64,000 nucleotides of DNA from assembly GCA_937899865.1 (NCBI GenBank), contig CALBRH010000063.1, positions 1,957 to 65,956 on the forward strand, in the 5' to 3' direction. Made by a program: the position numbers and the translations under genes. Below are positions 54,247 to 61,870 of the stretch, in pieces (within the stretch, counting starts at the first letter, position 1; the number at the start of each line of letters is the position of its first letter). This stretch comes from an uncultured euryarchaeote. GTDB lineage: Archaea > Thermoplasmatota > Poseidoniia > Poseidoniales > Poseidoniaceae. Below the pieces are notes generated by a model that searched no databases, had not been told where the DNA came from, and worked only from the letters and a program-made list of their open reading frames with translations.

Positions 54247-57207
54247 TCATTCGTATAGGTCTTCGAATTCATTGGCCATTGATTCGGCCAATCTTCTATT
54301 TCTTGCACTGATAACTTTTCTAAGTCTTTTCAAGCGTTTTGAAATGAATGCTAACATAATAAATCCTAGACAAAGTGTAACCAAAGTTACTATTCCTGCC
54401 GTCTTGAATTCCTGTTTCTCTAAGCTATCCGAAAAATTACCTAGCCATTCACTGTTTAATGGTGGTTCAGGCTCAGGTTCAGGTTCTGGAATAATATGTT
54501 GATTGTATGACCACCAATCATCTTCTATGTACACTCTTTCGACATTTGGTGAAGGATAAATTGCTACAGTACGCTCATTACCATATTGATCGGTGGGGGT
54601 TAAGATATAGTAGAAAGTCTTCATTGGTCTAATACTATCATCATCAATACCATTTTCAGTATATTGATAATTCTCTCCTGCTGTATAAGCAATATTTTCT
54701 AACACTGGTTCAAGTAAATGTAAATTGATGCCATTAGGGTTTTGCTCAATACGATATAAGTTCCAAGTTTCATTTTCTTCACCTTCTGGCCAAGTCCATG
54801 AAATTGTTACTTCATAGCACATATTCCAATCTTTAAGAATATCAAAACATGCAGTATCATTGGTGAATCTCCAACTATTTTGCATATTTATTACAGAAGT
54901 GGATGGCGGTGTTGAATCACCACAGATAAATGTCGCGTTTCCATCGATCATTGAAACGTTTGCTAGATGATTAAATGTTTCACCAGTTCTATCAACTGGG
55001 ATTATAGCATATGATGAACAAAATCCGTCAGGAATTGCGATTGTGTCCTGCCAATTAGTCTGATCAATTGGGATGAATTCTCTAAATGATTCTTCAACTA
55101 GACTTTCCCAAACCGCTTCATTATAATCTAGTTGAGGTGATGGGAAAATTGTACCACCAAAATCAGGAACAAGTTTCTGATGTATGTTCCAACCAAGAAT
55201 ATAATCGCTTTCTGTATCACCATAAGGTTGCCAATTCAGATTAAAGTTCCCGTTAGCGATTAAATCAACTGAGAAATTTAAAGCCTCGATATTAGGTTCG
55301 CCAAGATCTCCAATAAATAGAATCGTGGTGGCTTCATAGACTTTGATTGACATTTTAGTTTGGTTGATATATCCAACATTATCAGAATTGAAGAATTCCC
55401 ACTCAGTGTCACTAAAGGAGTCTAATTTTCTTATTTCTATCGATGATAATGGTACTTGTGAAGGCATTAAATCGAAGAGACTTAATTCAATTTCAATCCA
55501 GTTCTGGCCATTGAAATCAGATTGATTAGTTTGGGAATTGATTAAGTCAAATTGCAATAAAAACAACGGACTTTTGCCACCTCCGATGTTATATCCTTCT
55601 CTCTCCATAGGTAATGTAGAATCATGTAAAATCTGTACGGTATCAGTTGCAGAAATCGCACTCGCTTCATACAATGGAAGATTTGAAATTTGTACTTCAG
55701 TATAAACTAATATGTTGAAATAAATAGTTTCACTATTGCCTAAGGAATCACTGGTAATTAATTTGAAATCATGACTTCCTAGGCCATAATCTGATGTGTT
55801 AATCTGTGTGGTTTGACCATAATCTATGTTTATTATTCCCGAATACCACCAAGAAAAATTTACAGGAGGTGATGAATATGGATTTATGTTTGCTGATATT
55901 GTAATTATTTCATTATCCGTATACCATTCCTTTTCATTATCAATTTCAATGCTACTCATTAGTTGAGGTATAATGACGCTTGTGGTTTCTTCTAATACAT
56001 TATCTAGTGGATTTGTATCTTGATTATTCATTACATTGTCTTGAAGTATAGCTTTTATCAAGATAGATTCGCCTTCGAAAGTCATGTCAAAAACACAATT
56101 TTTATTTTGTTCAGGAATTAGAATAGTTATTATACAAATTTGTGAATTGGTTTTCTCACCATTAGAAAGTTCCAATTCTAGTTGGACATTCTCTGCCGTC
56201 ATGTTGGCATTGTTACTTACTTGAACATTAATCATATTAACTCCATAAAAGTAACTTGTTGCAGATGGATTATGGCTTGGAGAAATACTATCTATTGAAA
56301 TATCTAACTCAGTATTGATTTTTACAATTACAGAATTTAGATTATTTGATTCAAATAAATCACTGAATGGGTTTCCAGTTGAATTAAAAATCCCATAAAT
56401 AAGTGTAAATGTGCCATCCTCCGAATGGTTGAATGTTGGTAGATTCATAGTGAAAGACTTATAGAACGAGAGTTTTGGATAATTTTCTTCAAAAATATAA
56501 TTTTCATTAACCATCTCAGTTTGATTTTCATCCCAAAGTTGCCATCCTAATGTAGTATTAACATTGCAAGAGGCGCAAATGTTGGCATATCCCGAAAATG
56601 ATATTTCGTATTCTGTATTATTGGAGAGTATTTTCTCTCCATCATAAATTGCTAAACCGTTCAATTGATCAATAATATCTTCATTATCTTCAATCATAAT
56701 ATCAGTATATTGCAACGAAGCATTAAGAATGAAATTAAATATATCATTGCTTGGATTAAAATCTAATTCTTCAAATTGGTATACTACAGTAATTGTTTCA
56801 TTAAGTCCATTTGGATAGAACGCGTCACCAGAAATAAAACTCGAGGATTCTCCTGGAAGCAAACTATTGATAGAGATTTCACCCTGTGCTATTTTGTTAT
56901 TAATACAAACATTTGAGACCTTTTCTCCAAGACAAACATACCAATCTATGATTCTGTTTGGAGATGTAAAAATGTCTTGATTAGTTACAGTTACTTCAAA
57001 ATTTGTTGCTGAATATGCCGGGATGTAATCATCATTACTTGGACTGGAACTGTCGATAGACAAATCTCCGCTAACAGAAGCTGTAACATTAGGGGAATAA
57101 TTGGTGATAATTAGTGTGCTAAATAATATCAAAAAAGCAACTAACATTGATGAAAATCTACCGACATCATTGTTAGCGCGGGCTACACTCATACAGTTGC
57201 CTGACAT
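54247..57207 (-). CDS. Large (986 aa) Asn/Ser/Thr-rich surface protein with an N-terminal signal and a C-terminal TM anchor (putative S-layer/adhesin-type glycoprotein)
   Basis: N-terminal hydrophobic MLVAFLILFSTLIIT. Many N-x-S/T sequons. A PEPEPEPEPP linker precedes the TM helix TAGIVTLVTLCLGFIMLAFI and a basic tail. No enzymatic motif. Confidence 0.6.
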   Translation of the reverse strand: MSGNCMSVARANNDVGRFSSMLVAFLILFSTLIITNYSPNVTASVSGDLSIDSSSPSNDDYIPAYSATNFEVTVTNQDIFTSPNRIIDWYVCLGEKVSNVCINNKIAQGEISINSLLPGESSSFISGDAFYPNGLNETITVVYQFEELDFNPSNDIFNFILNASLQYTDIMIEDNEDIIDQLNGLAIYDGEKILSNNTEYEISFSGYANICASCNVNTTLGWQLWDENQTEMVNENYIFEENYPKLSFYKSFTMNLPTFNHSEDGTFTLIYGIFNSTGNPFSDLFESNNLNSVIVKINTELDISIDSISPSHNPSATSYFYGVNMINVQVSNNANMTAENVQLELELSNGEKTNSQICIITILIPEQNKNCVFDMTFEGESILIKAILQDNVMNNQDTNPLDNVLEETTSVIIPQLMSSIEIDNEKEWYTDNEIITISANINPYSSPPVNFSWWYSGIINIDYGQTTQINTSDYGLGSHDFKLITSDSLGNSETIYFNILVYTEVQISNLPLYEASAISATDTVQILHDSTLPMEREGYNIGGGKSPLFLLQFDLINSQTNQSDFNGQNWIEIELSLFDLMPSQVPLSSIEIRKLDSFSDTEWEFFNSDNVGYINQTKMSIKVYEATTILFIGDLGEPNIEALNFSVDLIANGNFNLNWQPYGDTESDYILGWNIHQKLVPDFGGTIFPSPQLDYNEAVWESLVEESFREFIPIDQTNWQDTIAIPDGFCSSYAIIPVDRTGETFNHLANVSMIDGNATFICGDSTPPSTSVINMQNSWRFTNDTACFDILKDWNMCYEVTISWTWPEGEENETWNLYRIEQNPNGINLHLLEPVLENIAYTAGENYQYTENGIDDDSIRPMKTFYYILTPTDQYGNERTVAIYPSPNVERVYIEDDWWSYNQHIIPEPEPEPEPPLNSEWLGNFSDSLEKQEFKTAGIVTLVTLCLGFIMLAFISKRLKRLRKVISARNRRLAESMANEFEDLYE

Positions 57208-57314
57208 TTGGCATTCAAAGACTCATCGGCCATATTGGTCAAAATCTGCCAAATTTTGCAATCTTTATCATCTTCCATCGGTAGTCTATTGAGTCTCCTC
57301 CTCTTGGGAGTAGC

Positions 57315-58400
57315 ATGGTCTCCATGCAATCATCTTTGCAAAGAGATGAAAATGGTATGACAGCAGTTATTGAGTTCTTAGCAGCATTCACTCTTTTTTT
57401 GATGATATTAACTGCATTTTTATCATTAGCACAGCTGGAGATGGGTTCAAATGATACTTCGGTTGATAGATTAGATAGAGCCGCAGCGCAAGGTCTTGAC
57501 AGAATGACCTCAGACGGCGGTTGGTTTGTACCAGTATTTGATGATGGCTCTTTGGATTATGAAAATTCAACCTCACATTGGCACCTTCAGCCAATTGATG
57601 AGTTAAATCAAGGTATTGTTTTAGCAGGTTTGATGGGATCTAACACATTAGATTTTGATAAGATTGAAGCATTGAGTAATTTGACCGAGGATAATTTGGC
57701 AAGAGGTTTGGGTCTTAGTGATGAATTCAGTATAAATTTAGAGATTAAAATTACTGAATCAAATATTCCTTCTAGAGATGATTTAGTACTATTTTCAGGC
57801 GGTACTGAAAGAGGAACTGCTCAAGCATCATCGTCTTCATACAAAGAATTACAAGTTGGGCAAGAAAAATTCTTGATAATATTAGAAGTTCATAATGGCG
57901 GCAGGAAAGCCAATAATCTACACATTACCGAGATTAGTCCACGCTCAGTTTCTGGAGCTCCAGAGTGGATAGAATTGTATAATCCTAATAACTTCGCAAT
58001 AGACTTGAATGGCTGGAGTTTTTCACACACATCTTCTAATCAAGACACAAATCTATTGCTTAGAAAGGGTGTGATTTCGGGCAACTCTCTAACCTTGTTT
58101 AGCGGCGATCCAAATGTTCAACAGATTGGGGATGCCGACCATGTTATTGATTTAGGAAGTGAAGGATTCCTTGGAGTGGGGCAAATCGATTTATTGAATG
58201 ACGGCGGCGGAGAGTTAGTTTTATCATATACTCAATTAAGTGAATTTCAGCCGTTTGAAGTTATGCGAGTAACTTGGGGAGGGGATACAGGATTCTTTTT
58301 GACACCAAGCCAATCATTGCAATATGTGACCGATAATTTCCCTCCTGAACAGCAAGATTGGCAAATTTCTAACAACCCAAGCCCGGGAATCATTGAGTAG
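57315..58400 (+). CDS. Lamin-tail-domain (LTD) protein with a pilin/TadE-like N-terminal hydrophobic segment
   Basis: The N-terminus QRDENGMTAVIEFLAAFTLFLMILTAFLSL resembles class III/TadE-type signal sequences. The C-terminal ITEISPRSVSGAPEWIELYNPNNFAIDLNGWSF matches the LTD hallmark (EWIELYN...L.GW). Confidence 0.6.
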   Translation: MVSMQSSLQRDENGMTAVIEFLAAFTLFLMILTAFLSLAQLEMGSNDTSVDRLDRAAAQGLDRMTSDGGWFVPVFDDGSLDYENSTSHWHLQPIDELNQGIVLAGLMGSNTLDFDKIEALSNLTEDNLARGLGLSDEFSINLEIKITESNIPSRDDLVLFSGGTERGTAQASSSSYKELQVGQEKFLIILEVHNGGRKANNLHITEISPRSVSGAPEWIELYNPNNFAIDLNGWSFSHTSSNQDTNLLLRKGVISGNSLTLFSGDPNVQQIGDADHVIDLGSEGFLGVGQIDLLNDGGGELVLSYTQLSEFQPFEVMRVTWGGDTGFFLTPSQSLQYVTDNFPPEQQDWQISNNPSPGIIE

Positions 58401-58441
58401 TATTAATTTGCTATTTATTACATTCAATAATCGGATGCTTC

Positions 58442-59257
58442 ATGAACCTGCGTGATTTAGGGGTAGTGTTCCACATGCAGCCAGCTACTGTGTATTCACG
58501 TGACAGATGTGTTACAGGTGTTCACGGTCTTGATGAGATACTTAGAGGTGGAATACCTTACGGTTCGACAGTATTGGCCGCAGGTACTTGTGGTTCTGGA
58601 AAAACTACATTGGGAATGGAATTCTTGGTGAGAGGTGCTAATGCTGGTGAAGCATGTGCGCATTTTACTGCTACAGAACCATCAGTAAAATTGCTAGAAA
58701 ACATTCGTCAATTTGCATTTTTCGATATGAACATGGTAGATACTGGATTAATCAACGTATTCGATATGGATGTTCTATATTCTTGGCTAGGTTTGGAAAA
58801 ATCAACTTTTGATTTAGAAGATGTTCATTCACTAATCAAATCAATCGTAGATATTGTAAATACAATTGGAGTAACAAGATTAGTTATTGATTCGGTAACT
58901 ACATTATGTTACAAAATTAAATCAGAACAGTTGATAAGAGATTTCCTGTTCACTCTTGGTAAGAAATTAGCCACACTGGGTTGTACTACCATTCTGATTG
59001 CAGAGATTACTTCAGCAACTGAAAATGCTCACTGGTCTTCTTTTGGTGTAGAAGAAGCGATTTGTGATGGTATAATTGTTCTTGGCGATGTTGAAAGAAT
59101 GGGTCATCTACTTAGGTTCTTGCAAGTGGTTAAGATGCGAGGAACTCCTCATAGCAGGGCTAAGCATGCTATCGAATTGACACCTCTTGGTGTGATGCTG
59201 ACACCTATGCTTAAGTGGGGTGCAATAAGCGATAATGTAAATCGATGGGGTAGTTGA
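58442..59257 (+). CDS. KaiC/RecA-superfamily ATPase (single-domain, COG0467-like), motifs intact
   Basis: GLDEILRGGIPYGSTVLAAGTCGSGKTTLG (Walker A), RLVIDSVT (Walker B) and VVKMRGTPH. The true start may be the ATG at 58475. Confidence 0.8.
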   Translation: MNLRDLGVVFHMQPATVYSRDRCVTGVHGLDEILRGGIPYGSTVLAAGTCGSGKTTLGMEFLVRGANAGEACAHFTATEPSVKLLENIRQFAFFDMNMVDTGLINVFDMDVLYSWLGLEKSTFDLEDVHSLIKSIVDIVNTIGVTRLVIDSVTTLCYKIKSEQLIRDFLFTLGKKLATLGCTTILIAEITSATENAHWSSFGVEEAICDGIIVLGDVERMGHLLRFLQVVKMRGTPHSRAKHAIELTPLGVMLTPMLKWGAISDNVNRWGS

Positions 59258-59258
59258 G

Positions 59259-59843
59259 ATGTTTGAATTAGACCAAGGAATTGCAGATCAGTTAACCGAG
59301 GTTTCACTAAACAGTTCAGTTCAAGTTAGGTGTGGCAACTCAAATTCATTTATGGTTACCGCAAGCACCTTGATTCCTCTATTACAAATGTTTGAGATGA
59401 AAGGAGTTTACATATCGGCTAGTCGTGGTGCTGCTGAGATAATTCAAGCATTCGAATCGGTAGGTATTGATGTTTCACAGATTCAATTCATTGACTTAGT
59501 CTCATCAGGAATTCTTGGTGGCACTAATGTCCCATATTCTAACGTACATTTTGTAGATAGTCCCATTATGCTTGAGTCGATATTACTTCGAACATTGTAT
59601 ATTTTGCAGACCAACCAATCAGAAAGAAATTTTGTCTTTGTAGATAGCGTGAATGCACTAGCGATTTACAATGACGATAGGATGCTTGCTGAATATCTGC
59701 ACACTTTCATCAATACATTTAGACAACAGGAGGTTCTATCTGTTATTCTCAATGTACCAGACCAAACTCCGCCACTAGTCTTATCAAACTTAGATTTGTA
59801 TTGTACCGATTTGGTTGACAGAGGTCAAGTAGTAATTCATTGA
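59259..59843 (+). CDS. Degenerate KaiC/RecA-like protein lacking a P-loop
   Basis: It starts 1 nt after the upstream stop. It keeps a KaiC-like strand order (VYISASRG..., FVFVDSVNAL, VLSVILNV), but the P-loop position reads CGNSNSF. Confidence 0.45.
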   Translation: MFELDQGIADQLTEVSLNSSVQVRCGNSNSFMVTASTLIPLLQMFEMKGVYISASRGAAEIIQAFESVGIDVSQIQFIDLVSSGILGGTNVPYSNVHFVDSPIMLESILLRTLYILQTNQSERNFVFVDSVNALAIYNDDRMLAEYLHTFINTFRQQEVLSVILNVPDQTPPLVLSNLDLYCTDLVDRGQVVIH

Positions 59844-60658
59844 TGGGTGATTATATGTCTAAAGAGATTCAATTTGACTCAGAAGATGAGGAGTTTTTCG
59901 GCTCAGTTGGATCATTTGGTGTTCCCAAGTTTGACAATGAAATGAGAGGAGGAGTGCCTCGTGGTTTCACAATGATTGCGTTTACAGAAACAGGTTCAGG
60001 TAGTGAGTTGTTTGCCAAGCAATTTGTATCTCCTGCCGAAGAGGCTGAAAATACCATTTACATCTCAACTAACGAAGGTCAGGCAGAAATAGTTCGGATT
60101 TTTCAGAAATATGACTGGCCACTGGATATCAATGTACGTACAATAGGAGAAGAGTATAATTCTAACGTTTTGGAAAAAGAGTTACTTGCTAGCAGGTATC
60201 GTTTGGAAGGTTTCCGTTTGGAGGATATTCAAAGGTTAGCTCAAACAAGATTTGTTGAAGAAAATAACCAAGATTATCTTACTGAGGTAACCAATGAAGT
60301 CATGGCGCTTGGACCCTACTTTAGAGCAGTTGTTGACAGTCTCGATTTCTTTTTGCAAAGAGACGATCCTACAAGAGTAGTTGCTATGGTTAGAATGCTT
60401 CAAGCACATGCACAAATGTATCGAGGGTTGCTGTTTATTACTGTCTCAACCGATGGTCTTTCTCTAAGCATAAAACAAGAATTATCCTCTATTGCCGATA
60501 TGGTATTGTCGTTTCAAGTTAGAACGATAGGTAGCGATTTCGAAACTTCAATGATGGTTTCAAAGTTTAGAAACGCACCTGAAAATTTGAAAATCTTGGT
60601 ATTCAGAGTTACTCCGGAGGAAGGAATAACACCAGAAACCGTCGAGCGTATTGCTTGA
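59843..60658 (+). CDS. KaiC/RecA-like protein with a degenerate Walker A (GSGSE)
   Basis: The start overlaps the upstream stop (TGATG). Motifs are FDNEMRGGVPRGFTMIAFTETGSGSELFAKQF, AVVDSLDFF and MVSKFRNAP. Confidence 0.6.
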   Translation: MGDYMSKEIQFDSEDEEFFGSVGSFGVPKFDNEMRGGVPRGFTMIAFTETGSGSELFAKQFVSPAEEAENTIYISTNEGQAEIVRIFQKYDWPLDINVRTIGEEYNSNVLEKELLASRYRLEGFRLEDIQRLAQTRFVEENNQDYLTEVTNEVMALGPYFRAVVDSLDFFLQRDDPTRVVAMVRMLQAHAQMYRGLLFITVSTDGLSLSIKQELSSIADMVLSFQVRTIGSDFETSMMVSKFRNAPENLKILVFRVTPEEGITPETVERIA

Positions 60659-60702
60659 CAGTCAAACGATATGTCCAAAGAGGACGGGCTTGAGGATAGA
60701 AC

Positions 60703-61449
60703 ATGGCAGGTCGCAGTGCAACAGGCGGTTATGATCCGTCTGGAATTGATTTGCATGAATGGGAAATTCTAGAATCACAATTGGAAGAATCTATTCCAAA
60801 TTATGACCGTGTTAATCGGTTGATGACTTTTGGTCAAGACTCTGTTTGGCGCAAAAATGTCCGCAATCATGCCAAAGCAGGTATGAAAGTATTAGAAGTT
60901 GGATGCGGACCTGGGTCCTTTGCCGAAGATATCGAGAATGTGGATTTGACTTGTTTAGATCCATCTGAAGAAATGCTCAAAGTTGCAAGAAAAAGAGTCG
61001 AAGCAGCTCGTAAATCAAGAGGAGAAGAGCCGGCTGAATATGTTCAAGCAATAGCGGAATCGATACCTTTGCCTGACAATACCTTTGATAGAGTATTTTG
61101 TTTGTTTTCATTTAGGGATTTTCAAGACAAAGAAAAAGGGTTACAGGAAATCTTACGAGTCTTGAAACCAGGCGGGCAATTGGTAATTTGTGATGCAGGT
61201 AAGGCCAATTGGTTACATGGATTGGCTGGTAGGATTTGGATGTCAACTGTGGTTCAATTGATGGCTAGGTATGTGACAAAGAAAAAAGACCATCCTTGGA
61301 AAGGATTAGCGAAAACATACTCACACTATGGCACTAATGGATATTATAGAAAATTGCTAAGAAATGTTGGCTTTGAAAGAGTGCAAGGAAGGCTGTTAAT
61401 GCCCTTCGGCATGTCTAGCAGATTTAGGGGATGGAAGCCTAAAAATTAA
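60703..61449 (+). CDS. ubiE: UbiE/MenG-family quinone C-methyltransferase (class I SAM-dependent)
   Basis: YDRVNRLMTFGQDSVWRK (UbiE/COQ5 hallmark), SAM motif VLEVGCGPG and LKPGGQLVI. Confidence 0.75.
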   Translation: MAGRSATGGYDPSGIDLHEWEILESQLEESIPNYDRVNRLMTFGQDSVWRKNVRNHAKAGMKVLEVGCGPGSFAEDIENVDLTCLDPSEEMLKVARKRVEAARKSRGEEPAEYVQAIAESIPLPDNTFDRVFCLFSFRDFQDKEKGLQEILRVLKPGGQLVICDAGKANWLHGLAGRIWMSTVVQLMARYVTKKKDHPWKGLAKTYSHYGTNGYYRKLLRNVGFERVQGRLLMPFGMSSRFRGWKPKN

Positions 61450-61482
61450 TTAGAAATTTAGAATTCTCAAAAAATAATATCG

Positions 61483-61492
61483 ATTTTAAAAT
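61483..61492 (+). promoter_or_regulatory. Candidate TATA box for the atp operon
   Basis: attttaaaat lies about 50 nt upstream of atpH. A GGAG Shine-Dalgarno-like motif at 61520-61523 lies 13 nt before the ATG at 61537. Confidence 0.3.
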
Positions 61493-61533
61493 CATTACAC
61501 TCATAAACCCCCTTTAGTTGGAGTTTTTTGTAG

Positions 61534-61860
61534 GTGATGGCAGTGGCAATGTCAGATGTCTTAAGAAAAATCAAACAAACAGAAAGAGAGGCGGCCCGTC
61601 AACTGTCTGATGCTAAAGATGAAGCATCTAAAATCGTTACAGATGCACGTAAAAAATCAGCAGAATTGCTATCCAAGGCATCCGAAGAATCAGTTTCTAA
61701 TACTCAGGCAACTTTGGATTCTGCAAGAGAAGAGGCATCTAAATCAGCAGATAAAGTGCTCAAAGAAGGTTCAAAAACAGTAGATTCAATAAGTGCTACG
61801 GCAAATAAAAATGAATCAAAAGCGGTAGATCATATCCTCAAAACGATGTCTTCATTGTAG
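61534..61860 (+). CDS. atpH: A-type (archaeal V-type) ATP synthase subunit H
   Basis: Small charged helical protein (VLRKIKQTEREAARQLSDAKDEASKIV...) immediately upstream of subunit I, as in archaeal atpHIK... operons. Confidence 0.7.
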   Translation: MMAVAMSDVLRKIKQTEREAARQLSDAKDEASKIVTDARKKSAELLSKASEESVSNTQATLDSAREEASKSADKVLKEGSKTVDSISATANKNESKAVDHILKTMSSL

Positions 61861-61870
61861 GTGTTAATCA

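Noticed and set aside
53999-54502. ORFs of 83 aa (minus strand) and 106 aa (plus strand) spanning the tRNA region
   Set aside because: They overlap the tRNA-Ser gene and the 3' ends of real genes. They have odd composition and no support.
58442-59257. KaiC-like ATPase as archaellum protein ArlH (FlaH)
   Set aside because: There are no archaellin, ArlI, ArlJ or ArlF/G genes in the neighbourhood. Instead it is followed by two degenerate paralogues.
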